The position numbers and the translations under genes were made by a program. The notes below the pieces were generated by a model. The model searched no databases, was not told the DNA's origin, and saw only the letters and a program-made list of their open reading frames with translations. From the IMG/VR virus record IMGVR_UViG_3300022917_000008, positions 91,658-155,657 of that record: a DNA stretch of 64,000 bases; one strand, given 5' to 3'. Positions 1 to 10,220 of the stretch are shown here, in pieces (position 1 is the stretch's first letter; the number at the start of each line of letters is the position of its first letter). The DNA is from a virus (taxonomy: Duplodnaviria; Caudoviricetes).

Positions 1-2
1 AG

Positions 3-2651
3 GATGAGGATTGGAAGAAATGGAACCTGGATTGGCTTGAAAGAGCAGGTATAAGACAGTTAATGAGGGAAAGTAGGAGACTGATCAAGAATTACCACCT
101 TGCAAATGGTATCATAGACAAGTTTGACTACATGATAGGTCCAAACAATGATATGAGTGATCATATTGCAGTGATAGCTGAGGAGAATCAGAACACTATT
201 CCTATCAGATTCTATCCCCTAATACCCAATGTAATCAACACAATGGTGTCTGAGCATGCAAAGAGGGACAATAGGATCATTGCTAAGCAAGTGGATGAGC
301 AATACTACAATGAGATGAATGAGCAGAAGATGGGTGATCTAACTCAAATCCTTGTAGCTAGAGCTGAACAGAAGCAAATAGAGAGATTCCAGGAGATGGG
401 CATTGACCTAAGTGATCCTGAGATGCAACAACAGGTTCAGCAACAGCTGGATACTGCTAAGCAACTAGCTGAATTGGAGGTCAAATACAAGAACTACAGG
501 GGTATAGCAGAGCAATGGGCTAATCATATGATAGCATATGATGATGCTAGGTTTGACATGTACAATCTTGACAACTTGGGCTTTAGAGATTCCCTGGTTT
601 GTGATAGAGAGTTCTGGCATATCAGGCTACTGGATGATGATTACAAGGTGGAACTATGGAATCCAGTTACTACATTCTATCACAAGAGTCCTGAGACCTA
701 TTACATCTCTGAAGGCAACTATGTAGGTAGAATACTACTAATGTCCATTCCAGATGTAATTGATCTATTTGGGGATAAGATGACTGAGGAACAGATAACA
801 GAGCTAAAGAATGGCTACAGGATCATTAATCACCTTCCCTTAGTTGATGACGCATATAGAGATCAGTACAACTTCTATACCAACTATGGACAGCCTTATC
901 CGAAGAACATACAGAATGTAACCTGGGGGCAATCCATTGATGGTAAGTTTGTTAAGAGTATGGGACAACCTACTACTCCTGATAACAATGCATTCAACAT
1001 GTCATGGCATGATCTAGGTAAGATCACTAGTGACTACTTTAGTACACTGGAAGGTCCAGGTATGGTAAGAGTGACTGAGGCCTATTGGAGGTCCCAGGTC
1101 AAGGTCTTTAAGTTGACTAGAATAACTAAGGAAGGGGACATCATAAAGACTATTGTGGATGAGAATTATATAGTCAGTGAACCACCTGTTTATGACAAGA
1201 GTATACACCAAGTAGAGAGTGCAGACAATCTCATTTCAGGAGAACATCTGGATGCCACATGGATTAACCAGACGAGGTATGGAGTAAAGATAAATAGTTC
1301 CTTAAGCACCTACTACACAAGAAACTACACTAACTTTGATCCAATATACATAGGAGGTGATCCTATTCCCTTTGAATTCAAGGGGCAGGGGAACCTCTAT
1401 GGGTGCAAGTTGCCAGTAGAAGGTAAGATATATAGTGAAAGGAACTCCTATTCCAGTAGTATGGTAGATAAGATGAAGAGCTACCAGATTCAATACAACA
1501 TCTTCAATAACCAAATACTGGAGATGACAGCTGATGAAGTAGGTAGTGTGTTCATGATAGACCAGAACATGATACCTCGTAACTCGCTGAATGGGGAATG
1601 GGGCAAGTACAACTACCCAATGTTCCATCAAGTGATGAAGGAGTACAACATTGCCCCAGTTGATACAAGTGTTATCAATACTGGTGTAGGTACTAACTTT
1701 CAGCACTTCCAGGTAGTGGACCTTACAAAGACACAACAAATACTTAGTAGGATACAGCTAGCTGAATGGGCTAAGACACAATGCTATGAAGTAGTAGGAA
1801 TAACTAAGGAGAGGCAGGGTAATATAGCTGCATCATCATCTGCAACTGGGGTACAACAAGCAGTGCAGAACAGTTATGCTCAGACAGAGATATACTTTGA
1901 TCAGCACATGAATGACCTGATGCCTAGAGTTAGACAGATGATGTTAGACGCTGCTCAATTCATTAGTGCTACTAAGCCTCAAAGTAAGATCACTTACCTG
2001 AATAGTGACGACCAGAATGTATTCTTTGAGATCGAAGGGTACAGACTACTTATGGCTGACTTCAGGGTGTATGCAAGGAGCACAGCTGATATTAAGGCTA
2101 CTGTAGAGCAACTAAGGAAACTGGCAGTGGAGAACAATACTGCAGGTGGTTCCCTATATGAGATAGCACAGATGTTAACTATGCAGAGTCCAGCTGAGAT
2201 CATGTCTAAACTGAAGGAAGCAGATGAGAAGAGACAACAACAGGCACAAGCTCAGAATGATCATGAGATGATGCTACAACAACAACAGCAACAGTTCCTT
2301 GAGAAAGAAGAAGAGAAGAAGGGTGCAAGACAGGATTACTGGGAAGCTAAGAAGCTTGAAACAGAGATACTTGTGGCTCAGATTAGGGCATCACAGAGTA
2401 AATCCAATGATGTCAATGGTAATGGTGTACCTGATCCTCTTGAGGCTCTGGATATACTTGAACAGCAGAAAGTCAATGCTGCAGCTATTCTGAACAACCA
2501 ACAGAAGTTGGACCTGGATGAGAAGCAACACAATGACAATATCAACCTTCAAAGGGAGAAGTTGCAGGTTGAAAGAGACAAGATGGCATCAGATCAGAAG
2601 ATTGAGGCCATGAAAGCCAAGGCACAGAAGAATAAGCCAAAGGCTAAATAA
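3..2651 (+). CDS. Portal protein (crAss-like), 5'-truncated
   Basis: The frame is open from base 3 (DEDWKKWNLDWLERAGIRQL precedes the ATG at 63), so the gene starts upstream of the window. Size, the YPLIPNVIN, WINQTRYGVKI and CKLPVEG motifs, the Q/K-rich coiled C-terminus and the position before scaffold and capsid genes match crAss-like portals. Confidence 0.9.
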   Translation, partial: DEDWKKWNLDWLERAGIRQLMRESRRLIKNYHLANGIIDKFDYMIGPNNDMSDHIAVIAEENQNTIPIRFYPLIPNVINTMVSEHAKRDNRIIAKQVDEQYYNEMNEQKMGDLTQILVARAEQKQIERFQEMGIDLSDPEMQQQVQQQLDTAKQLAELEVKYKNYRGIAEQWANHMIAYDDARFDMYNLDNLGFRDSLVCDREFWHIRLLDDDYKVELWNPVTTFYHKSPETYYISEGNYVGRILLMSIPDVIDLFGDKMTEEQITELKNGYRIINHLPLVDDAYRDQYNFYTNYGQPYPKNIQNVTWGQSIDGKFVKSMGQPTTPDNNAFNMSWHDLGKITSDYFSTLEGPGMVRVTEAYWRSQVKVFKLTRITKEGDIIKTIVDENYIVSEPPVYDKSIHQVESADNLISGEHLDATWINQTRYGVKINSSLSTYYTRNYTNFDPIYIGGDPIPFEFKGQGNLYGCKLPVEGKIYSERNSYSSSMVDKMKSYQIQYNIFNNQILEMTADEVGSVFMIDQNMIPRNSLNGEWGKYNYPMFHQVMKEYNIAPVDTSVINTGVGTNFQHFQVVDLTKTQQILSRIQLAEWAKTQCYEVVGITKERQGNIAASSSATGVQQAVQNSYAQTEIYFDQHMNDLMPRVRQMMLDAAQFISATKPQSKITYLNSDDQNVFFEIEGYRLLMADFRVYARSTADIKATVEQLRKLAVENNTAGGSLYEIAQMLTMQSPAEIMSKLKEADEKRQQQAQAQNDHEMMLQQQQQQFLEKEEEKKGARQDYWEAKKLETEILVAQIRASQSKSNDVNGNGVPDPLEALDILEQQKVNAAAILNNQQKLDLDEKQHNDNINLQREKLQVERDKMASDQKIEAMKAKAQKNKPKAK

Positions 2652-2720
2652 CTATGTGATCACCAGAATTAGGCCAAAATAACTTTACAGATTTGGAATT
2701 GATCTAACTATTCAATACAA

Positions 2721-2729
2721 TTATACTGT
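2721..2729 (+). promoter_or_regulatory. TTATAYTGT motif, candidate late-promoter element
   Basis: TTATACTGT in the portal-scaffold gap with TTTG at 2692-2695. The same core recurs at 9444-9452 and 51066-51074. Confidence 0.4.
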
Positions 2730-2752
2730 AGAACTCTAAAAACCAAATAGAT

Positions 2753-3979
2753 ATGCCAGAGATTTTAACTGACGAGCAGGCAGCTGCTATATGGTCAGGA
2801 CAAACAACGAGTCTACTAGGGCTTGAGCCAGAGAAGAAAGTGGATACTCCACCACCACCTGTTACAAAGCAAGAGGAGCCTCCTAAGGAACCTGTAACAA
2901 CAGTAGTAAAGGATGAAGACCTTGCTAATGTGTTCCATGAGGATGAAGAGGAAGAAGTGGAGGAACAAGAAACCCCACCTGCAACCCCTGCAAATGCTCC
3001 TCCTGCAGAGAAGAAGCCAGGGAGAAAGGCTTCAGATTTAGTAACTGGGGTTAACCAGATGATTGAAGAAGGCCTACTCCTTGCAGCAGATGATGGACAA
3101 GGGGGTATAGTAGAGATCAAAACTATTGAAGATGCCAAAAAGCTCATTAAGTCAAACCTGGAACACAGACAGGAACAGGATGAGGAACAGTGGTGGGAGT
3201 CAAAAAAGAAAGCCTACAGTCCACAAGTACAGGCAGTACTGCATTATGCAGACCAAGGTGCCCAGAGTGCTAGTGAAGTGATAGAGCTGCTAGGTGCAAT
3301 CAGGGAAGTAGAAGAAGCTGCTGAGATTGATATCAAGACCCCAGCTGGAGCTGAGAAGGCTGTCAGAGAGACATATAGGTCCAAAGGATTCAAGGATGCT
3401 TATATAGACAAGCAGATAAACATACTCAAGGACCTGGGAGGAAGTAGACTCCAGGAAGAAGCTGCAGATTTATATCCTGAGCTTTTAGCCTCAAAACAGG
3501 CCCTAGTTGAGAAGAGTATGACAGAAAAGGAACAGAGAAGACAAGAGGCTGAAGAAGCAAGTAAGGTCTATGTTTCTACAATAAGAAAGACCCTTGACAA
3601 AGATGTTATTGGGGCTGTAAAGCTAACCAGAGAGGACAAGGCTAAGTTGTATGAAGCAATCACATTGCCTAAATACCAGTCCCTTAATGGATCAAAGACC
3701 AATCTCTTTGTGAAGACACTGGAAGAACTCCAGTTTGGCAATAATGCCAACTATGATCATTACATGAATGTGGTACAGTTTGCTATAGACCCTCAAGGGT
3801 TCATAGATAAGTTGAAGACCTCAGTTACTAATACAGTGACTGAAGAGACCTTCAAGAAGCTGAAGACAGCTAAGGCAACATCTGCTACCACAAACAATGA
3901 TGATGCAAACAACAGAACACAAGTAGGCAGAACAAATAAAACACTCCCTAGTAAAGGATTTGTAAACCCCTACTCCTAA
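2753..3979 (+). CDS. Acidic scaffold-like head assembly protein (crAss 'gene 77' position)
   Basis: P/E-rich disordered N-terminus and coiled-coil body, located between portal and major capsid gene. Confidence 0.65.
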   Translation: MPEILTDEQAAAIWSGQTTSLLGLEPEKKVDTPPPPVTKQEEPPKEPVTTVVKDEDLANVFHEDEEEEVEEQETPPATPANAPPAEKKPGRKASDLVTGVNQMIEEGLLLAADDGQGGIVEIKTIEDAKKLIKSNLEHRQEQDEEQWWESKKKAYSPQVQAVLHYADQGAQSASEVIELLGAIREVEEAAEIDIKTPAGAEKAVRETYRSKGFKDAYIDKQINILKDLGGSRLQEEAADLYPELLASKQALVEKSMTEKEQRRQEAEEASKVYVSTIRKTLDKDVIGAVKLTREDKAKLYEAITLPKYQSLNGSKTNLFVKTLEELQFGNNANYDHYMNVVQFAIDPQGFIDKLKTSVTNTVTEETFKKLKTAKATSATTNNDDANNRTQVGRTNKTLPSKGFVNPYS

Positions 3980-4003
3980 TTAGATTAAATCCCCTTATAA
4001 GAT

Positions 4004-5638
4004 ATGAGTACACCAGTAATTAATAATGGTATATTCTACAGACAGACACAGTTCGACATGAGGTCCCACATGGCTAAGAACTATCTGCCATTCATGAATG
4101 TAGATAAGGTCACTGACCTTGGTCCTGTAGAGTATTGGGCAATGACTAGAAAGTCAGAGATGCCATTATATAAGATGTCTAGCTTTGGAGGTAAGAACAT
4201 TGTTGAGATTGATGGCAATGTAGCTAGATTCCAAGTCCCAGTGTCAATGGATGATACTGTTGAAATAGTAGCAGATATTACTACTGTTGACAAGCCTGGA
4301 CTTGATGGAATGAAGTTTGAAATCCTTGTGTCTACAGACAGATTTGGATATGGAGACATTCTGAAGTTCTCTCAGTTCTCCAACTTCCAGATGGTAGTAA
4401 CACCTGATCCAATCAGGCAGAAAGGTGAAGCCTTCATCTACACAGTTAAGATTCCTGACAATGGGTATGTTAAGTACCTAGACAAGAAGTATCTTGTTCC
4501 TGGAGTTAGAATTGGTAAGTATGGCTCTGTAATGTCCCCTGAGTTTGGACAGTACTATAGCTCATGGAAGTACAGTGGAGTAGGTGAAAGGGAGTACATC
4601 ATCAAGATTGGTGAAGCTGTAGCCCAGACCTCTTACTGGATTTCAAACAAGGCTAATGAACATGGCATCTCAGTAGACAATTACAGGAAAGTAATTGAAT
4701 ACGTACAGATTGATGGTACTGGTGATCCCACTGTACCTGAACTGACTAAGTACATGGAAAGTGTTGGCATGAGCCCACTTGACCTTAAGGCTAGGGTAGA
4801 CTCTGGTGAAGCCAGGATGAAGTTTGCCTTTGCTATGGATGATATCTCAATGAGAATCCTAGCTAGGGACTATGAGAATCAGCTTATGTGGGGTACTGGT
4901 GGTAGAATACTACTGGATGGACAGGATGAAGTTGATCTGCCTACAGGATTGTGGCAACAACTGAGTGCTGGTTACATTCACGTGTACAACTATGCCAACT
5001 TCTCTAAGTACATGTTTATCAATGCCTACCACAACTACTTCCTTGGTAAGAGAGACTATGTCACTCCTGGAAGTGAGCCTACTGTTGAAATTGAAACAGG
5101 ATGGGGTGGAATGGTACTGGTAAATGAGATGATTGCTAAGGAAACAAACAGCAACTCATTTGTACTGGATGGCCAGAAACTAGGGGTTGTTACAGGTAAT
5201 GCCTTCAATCTTGGATTTGGTCTATGGTACAATGAACTGACTCTGCCTGGTCTTGTAAGGCTGAAGTTCAGATACAACCCTGCTTTTGATGTTATCAACA
5301 AGAATGATGTGGACAATCCTAAGATTGCTACAGGTTACAACCTGTCTTCTTACTCCTTCATCATGTATGATGTTGATGACTTCTCTAACAACGTACAGTT
5401 GTTAAGGAACAACAAGGCTAAGGTTAAGATGATCATACAGAATGGTAGAGATACCCACCCTCTTGGTGAAATGGGTAATGGAGGAACTTCTAAGTTCTTT
5501 GCTCAGAGCAGAAAGTCAGGGTTTGGTGTAGCATTCGAAAGACCTTATGATGCTATTAGAGTTATTGACCCAACTAGAGTACTGAAGATTGTTATGAGGA
5601 ACCCCTTCACAGGATTGCCTTTTGGAGGCCTGGTGTAA
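4004..5638 (+). CDS. Major capsid protein
   Basis: 544 aa with DLGPVEYWAM, QLMWGTGG, GLWQQL, YNPAFD and DPTRVLKIVMRNP segments typical of crAss-like capsid proteins; followed by a strong terminator. Confidence 0.88.
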   Translation: MSTPVINNGIFYRQTQFDMRSHMAKNYLPFMNVDKVTDLGPVEYWAMTRKSEMPLYKMSSFGGKNIVEIDGNVARFQVPVSMDDTVEIVADITTVDKPGLDGMKFEILVSTDRFGYGDILKFSQFSNFQMVVTPDPIRQKGEAFIYTVKIPDNGYVKYLDKKYLVPGVRIGKYGSVMSPEFGQYYSSWKYSGVGEREYIIKIGEAVAQTSYWISNKANEHGISVDNYRKVIEYVQIDGTGDPTVPELTKYMESVGMSPLDLKARVDSGEARMKFAFAMDDISMRILARDYENQLMWGTGGRILLDGQDEVDLPTGLWQQLSAGYIHVYNYANFSKYMFINAYHNYFLGKRDYVTPGSEPTVEIETGWGGMVLVNEMIAKETNSNSFVLDGQKLGVVTGNAFNLGFGLWYNELTLPGLVRLKFRYNPAFDVINKNDVDNPKIATGYNLSSYSFIMYDVDDFSNNVQLLRNNKAKVKMIIQNGRDTHPLGEMGNGGTSKFFAQSRKSGFGVAFERPYDAIRVIDPTRVLKIVMRNPFTGLPFGGLV

Positions 5639-5652
5639 TAGTCTTATATTTG
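5621..5652 (+). promoter_or_regulatory. Bacteroidota sigmaA-type promoter match (TTTG-N20-TATATTTG)
   Basis: TTTG 5621-5624, 20-nt spacer, TATATTTG 5645-5652 matches the -33/-7 consensus TTTG-N19-21-TAnnTTTG. Confidence 0.45.
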
Positions 5653-5663
5653 ATACACATACA

Positions 5664-5692
5664 GGGGAGATGTGCAGAGTCTCCCCCTTTTT
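5664..5692 (+). terminator. Rho-independent terminator after the capsid gene
   Basis: GGGGAGAT-gtgcaga-GTCTCCCC stem-loop followed by CTTTTT. Confidence 0.8.
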
Positions 5693-5707
5693 CAAAAAAC
5701 CCACATT

Positions 5708-6634
5708 ATGAGTGATAGATCAATAAGCATTCAATACCTTCCATTCCAGGAGGAGAATGATCCAACTAAGCAGTTACAGGCAGGACTATTCCTGTTCCCT
5801 GGATTTGAGAGAAGATTAGAGCCTGCTACAAGGCCATCATCAGGAGGAAAAGTAAGGTTCATCACTGGGCTAGACCCCAATGATTATCCTGAATCAGAGA
5901 GAGAAGAGGTTGTACAAGTGAAGAAAGAGTTAGAGGACTACTTTGGTGCAGACCACATGGACCCCACTAACATTCAGTTTTGGACAGACAAATCTCTCGT
6001 CATAAACAAGAAGACTACATTCTTGAATATGAATAAGCCTGAAGACAAGCTTACATTCTACATGATCAAGGGGGGAGCCTTCAAAGAGATTGCTCCTTCA
6101 TATGAAAAAGCTACAGACAGTGCAGTACCTCTTAGATGGTACTTGATTGATGCTAAAGAGTATGCAGAGGTAGGTGTAGCTGATGACAGAAAGATTAACA
6201 AGGCAATTGCTGCACTTGAAGCTATTGATGAAGACAAGAGGTTAGAAGACATCTTCATTATCCACAAGGTACTAGTATCCTCAGATAGAGGAATCACACT
6301 AAGGACTCCAAGGGGGATGATGTACAAAGACCTATCAGACTTCATACATGGTAAGATAGTCAAGACTAATAAGAAGTTGACACCAAAGCAATTCCTTGAT
6401 GCAGTTGAATTATTGAAGAAGGACAAGAAGGCACTCTATATTTCAGCCTACTTGAAAGAAGGTAACTACTTCAACTTCCTTACTACAGCTGATGACAATC
6501 AGATAAAGAACATACAAACAGGAACCAAGTATGGTGGTTCCTTAGATAGGGCAGCCAGGTTCCTTGCAAGTCCAGCTAATCAAAGTGAGCTGGAAAACTT
6601 GAAGGAGCAGGTTGAGAAAAAATGGAACCAGTAA
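5708..6634 (+). CDS. Conserved crAss-like structural-module protein ('gene 75' position)
   Basis: Start placed at ATG 5708 (MSDRSISIQ) because the track's GTG 5672 lies inside the terminator. Contains RFITGLD, FW and IAPSYE motifs and ends VEKKWNQ. Confidence 0.7.
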   Translation: MSDRSISIQYLPFQEENDPTKQLQAGLFLFPGFERRLEPATRPSSGGKVRFITGLDPNDYPESEREEVVQVKKELEDYFGADHMDPTNIQFWTDKSLVINKKTTFLNMNKPEDKLTFYMIKGGAFKEIAPSYEKATDSAVPLRWYLIDAKEYAEVGVADDRKINKAIAALEAIDEDKRLEDIFIIHKVLVSSDRGITLRTPRGMMYKDLSDFIHGKIVKTNKKLTPKQFLDAVELLKKDKKALYISAYLKEGNYFNFLTTADDNQIKNIQTGTKYGGSLDRAARFLASPANQSELENLKEQVEKKWNQ

Positions 6635-6635
6635 A

Positions 6636-7331
6636 ATGACACCACAACTTGTCCTTATAAAGACCAGACTAAGGCTTAACAAACTGCATAGTAGTGACTA
6701 TGACAACATACCAGATTGGCAGGTCATGGAAGCAGTTAACAAAGCACAGCTAGAATGGTTTAGAAGACAAGTACATGGGTCAAATGTAAGGCAGGAAGGT
6801 GATGAAGAGAGTAGAGTGAGAGTGGATGACCTTCAGAAGTTCCTTGTAGAAAAGAGGGTAAATGGGGCAGACAAGAAGGGATACTTCGAGACTGACACAT
6901 TACCTACTAACTACCTCTGGTTTAAGAAAGTTCTTCCCTATGCTTCCAAAGACACTTGTCAGGGAATCCTCCTTGATAGTACACTGATAGAAGAGGCAAA
7001 TGTGCCTGTCTATCTGTTTGACTGGAGTCTCAGTCCTTCATTTGAGTGGAGACAAACATTCCACACCTTACTTGGCAACAAACTAAGGGTTTATACAAAT
7101 GATGACTTCCAGGTGGACTATGTGCAGTTGACCTATTACAGAGCCCCCAAAAAGGTGGATGTAGCTGGGTATACACATGAAGATGCTACAGCCTCCAAGG
7201 ATTCAGACCTTGAATTTAAGGATGATATAGCAGAGTTGATACTGGATGATGCAGTCTCCATACTGGCAGCAGACACTGAGTATTTAACTCAGATGCAAGC
7301 AGCAAAGCAAAGGGCTGAGGAAAACACCTAA
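6636..7331 (+). CDS. Head-tail ring/adaptor protein ('gene 74'-like)
   Basis: ATG 6636 follows the upstream TAA. RLNKLHSSDYDN, NKAQLEW, PSFEWRQTF, LTYYRAP and ELILDDAVSILAAD are typical of crAss ring proteins. Confidence 0.75.
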   Translation: MTPQLVLIKTRLRLNKLHSSDYDNIPDWQVMEAVNKAQLEWFRRQVHGSNVRQEGDEESRVRVDDLQKFLVEKRVNGADKKGYFETDTLPTNYLWFKKVLPYASKDTCQGILLDSTLIEEANVPVYLFDWSLSPSFEWRQTFHTLLGNKLRVYTNDDFQVDYVQLTYYRAPKKVDVAGYTHEDATASKDSDLEFKDDIAELILDDAVSILAADTEYLTQMQAAKQRAEENT

Positions 7332-7368
7332 GATTCGATTTTACATAACAACAAAACTTTAACAAGTT

Positions 7369-9339
7369 ATGAGTTTCTCACACGAGTATAACTTGCCCTA
7401 TTTTGTAGGGACAGGCGCTATACTAACCTCTGGAACAACAGACCAGCTTAAGAAAGGACAGCTTACAGTCTATAGGTCAAGCACTGGCCAGATTGTAAAT
7501 GGACCAGTTCCTGCTGCTGCCCACCTGCAAATTGCACAAGGTAGCTGGCATACTGTAGACCAGTTAGGAAGGTTCACTGGGGGTCTGACTCAATCAGATA
7601 AGACCATTGAATTTAATGTCAAAGGAATACATTCATTCCAAAGATCATACCCAAGAGCTGCTCAATCTGAGCAATGGGCTATTGGTTGGGATGGTATTAA
7701 TGATTGTAACAAGCTGGCATTCTTTGCTTCAACTAGTTACAGATTCAAGGTAAAGGTATGGGGTGAAGATGTCTATGGCACTTACACAAGGCCTATAGAG
7801 AGGGAGATCATGATCACAACAGGATGTCCTACTACCTCAGCTGATTGCCAAACAGGTAATTGCTTTGACCCTGTGGACACAAAGATTCAGGCATATGCCC
7901 TAAAGAAGGCAATTGAAGAAGACCCTGAGTTGAAGTGGTTTGTGAAGGCTGATGTAATCTCTTCTGATTATGCAGCTACTTCTCCAACCCACACACTGTA
8001 TAACCTGACTGTTCCTGACCTTGGAGATGTGCAAGCCCTGGCTGCAGTACAAACTGCCTATCCAACCCTGCAAATCTCTCTGCTAAGCAGAACAGGTATC
8101 AACTCCACTTACCAAGCCTGTATTCTAACTACAGCTGGTGCACCAGCTAACTACACTCCTGCTGGGTCTATTGCCCTAGCTGTTTGTGGAACATGTCCTG
8201 CTGGTTATACTTCAGTGCCTGCTTATGACACTTATGTAATAACTAAGGCAGTATCTGCAACTGATGCAATTGATACAACTGCTCACCAAGCAACTTATGC
8301 TGCTGCAGTAGTAACTGCATATTCTGCCATAAGTGGTAGTGGTAAGTTCCTTAGCCAAAATGGAGCTGTGGCTCAAGTACAGATCAATGTAACTGCTGGT
8401 ACAGCTGTAACTCCAACAAACAACACTTCTGATATTGTAACTAAGGTTGGTTCTACAGTAGCTCAGTGTACTCCTCCTGCTAACTCAGCAATTGCTTGGG
8501 TATCAGCTGGAACAAGGTACAAGACTACTCAGACCCTCTACTTCACTTTACAGAAGACTTGTGGTGGAACAAACAGACTGTCTGATGTTCAAGCATTCTA
8601 TGCTGGCAACCCAACAATTGTATCTAACTCAATTGCTGTATATGCAAGTGGAACTTGTTCTGACAAGTACACGCTGCAACAATGGAGCAATGATTGTGCA
8701 CTTGATGGTTGCTTAACTAAGCCAGTGCCTACTTTCACTCCTCTTCCTTGGTTTGAAGGTCAAAAGCCTGATGTTGATCCTTGTGCTGTAACTGGCCCTG
8801 TGGATACAACTATCAAGGTAGGTGTGATCTTAACAGCTGCTTATGTAGGAAATACCCAGTTTGGTAACCCAAGCTTCTTCCCAACAGATTACTACTCTGT
8901 AAGGCCTCTGAAGCTCGAAGTAACTCAACTGATGGGTATTGGTACTACCAACTACGATGGTGAAGGTAAGCCTTGTAATAACTTCGTAGCAACAAGAAGA
9001 ATCACTAACTCCTCAATGCCAACCCAAAGTGGTGAATTCATCATCAGGGAGTACATTAGAGCTAACAGGTACAGAGTACATGGAGAGTTCTACCATGATA
9101 CAAGGTTGAGAGAGGTGATGGACAACACAGCATTCAATGCTGTAGATAGAACAAAGAACTATATCACTTACCATCTAAAGGTAACACAAGATAGGTCTCT
9201 GTTCAACCATCAGGCTGATTTCTCTCCTGAAATCTATGAGTTTGTGTTTGCTTTCCCTGTAGGTACAGATACCTCAGCATTTGAGACTTACATAGAGAGC
9301 TTCACAGCGCAGAATGGAGTGTTCCTGACGAACAGATAA
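7369..9339 (+). CDS. Large Cys/Thr-rich structural protein (auxiliary capsid / 'gene 73'-like)
   Basis: 656 aa, syntenic after the ring gene, with a T/A/C-rich central insert, followed by a terminator as expected for a high-copy structural gene. Confidence 0.6.
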   Translation: MSFSHEYNLPYFVGTGAILTSGTTDQLKKGQLTVYRSSTGQIVNGPVPAAAHLQIAQGSWHTVDQLGRFTGGLTQSDKTIEFNVKGIHSFQRSYPRAAQSEQWAIGWDGINDCNKLAFFASTSYRFKVKVWGEDVYGTYTRPIEREIMITTGCPTTSADCQTGNCFDPVDTKIQAYALKKAIEEDPELKWFVKADVISSDYAATSPTHTLYNLTVPDLGDVQALAAVQTAYPTLQISLLSRTGINSTYQACILTTAGAPANYTPAGSIALAVCGTCPAGYTSVPAYDTYVITKAVSATDAIDTTAHQATYAAAVVTAYSAISGSGKFLSQNGAVAQVQINVTAGTAVTPTNNTSDIVTKVGSTVAQCTPPANSAIAWVSAGTRYKTTQTLYFTLQKTCGGTNRLSDVQAFYAGNPTIVSNSIAVYASGTCSDKYTLQQWSNDCALDGCLTKPVPTFTPLPWFEGQKPDVDPCAVTGPVDTTIKVGVILTAAYVGNTQFGNPSFFPTDYYSVRPLKLEVTQLMGIGTTNYDGEGKPCNNFVATRRITNSSMPTQSGEFIIREYIRANRYRVHGEFYHDTRLREVMDNTAFNAVDRTKNYITYHLKVTQDRSLFNHQADFSPEIYEFVFAFPVGTDTSAFETYIESFTAQNGVFLTNR

Positions 9340-9362
9340 TAATTCCCTCCTTGTTCTCTATA

Positions 9363-9401
9363 AAGGGGCTGCTGGCAATACTCACGCCTCAGCCCCTTCT
9401 T
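9363..9401 (+). terminator. Rho-independent terminator
   Basis: AAGGGGCTG...CAGCCCCTT outer stem with inner GGC/GCC pairing, then CTT. Confidence 0.7.
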
Positions 9402-9450
9402 AATATACAGCATTATTTGTCCCCTTCCCCCCATTTGATTATATTATATT

Positions 9451-9990
9451 GTGATAAGCAGACTTGAAATACAGGAGGTTGCAGGTAGCTGCAAGGTGCT
9501 AAAGCTAGTGGACTTGTCTACCTATAATGCAGACATTCCAGTAGCTAATGGCATTTTGGAAGTAACTCCTCCAGGATTCAGCTGTGCAGTGAGCTTTCCT
9601 GTGGATCAGAACTTCAGCATCACACTAAACTCTAGTACACTAAAGATAGCTCCAGCTGTAAGACAGGAAGACCTTATAGACCTTCCAGATGGTATCTATT
9701 ACTACAAGTACTCCATTAAACCCAATGACCAACTCTTTGTTGAATATGCAGCCCTAAGGGCCTGTAGCCTTCTCCAGAAGTATTATTATGCTGTTTGTGA
9801 GCTTTTCTCAGATAGGGTGAAGATTACCAGGAGAGAATTTGAAGAGAAGAGAAGGGCCTTAATTTGGATCAAGGAATTGGTTGATGGAGCTAAATACAAG
9901 GTAGAAGAGTGTGGACAGGAGAAGGAGGGCATAGAAATGTACAATGAAGCTTTGAGGCTTCTTGAAAGAAAAAACAGCTGTTATTGCTAA
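9451..9990 (+). CDS. Tail hub-like structural protein A
   Basis: GTG start; CKVLKLVDLSTY, TPPGF, LPDGIYYYKYSIKPN and AKYKVEEC; position matches crAss tail-hub genes. Confidence 0.6.
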   Translation: MISRLEIQEVAGSCKVLKLVDLSTYNADIPVANGILEVTPPGFSCAVSFPVDQNFSITLNSSTLKIAPAVRQEDLIDLPDGIYYYKYSIKPNDQLFVEYAALRACSLLQKYYYAVCELFSDRVKITRREFEEKRRALIWIKELVDGAKYKVEECGQEKEGIEMYNEALRLLERKNSCYC

Positions 9991-10220
9991 TGAAGCCTAA
10001 GGAAAGAAATATAATCAGGGACTTGCAATGCACTATGGCAGACCTTACATACCAGGAATACTTGGATAGGGTTTACAGCCTTAGTGCCTGCTCAAATGAT
10101 TATGATGAAGGCCTAATGGAGGAATACAAGCTAAGGCTAGGACTTGTGCAATCACAGGTAATGTGCCCCTCTAAACAACCCAAAGTACAACCTATAACAC
10201 ACCATGGCAGGCCCATATGA
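9990..10220 (+). CDS. Small Cys-containing structural protein (tail hub B position)
   Basis: TAATG coupling to the upstream gene; 76 aa from ATG 9990. Confidence 0.5.
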   Translation: MKPKERNIIRDLQCTMADLTYQEYLDRVYSLSACSNDYDEGLMEEYKLRLGLVQSQVMCPSKQPKVQPITHHGRPI

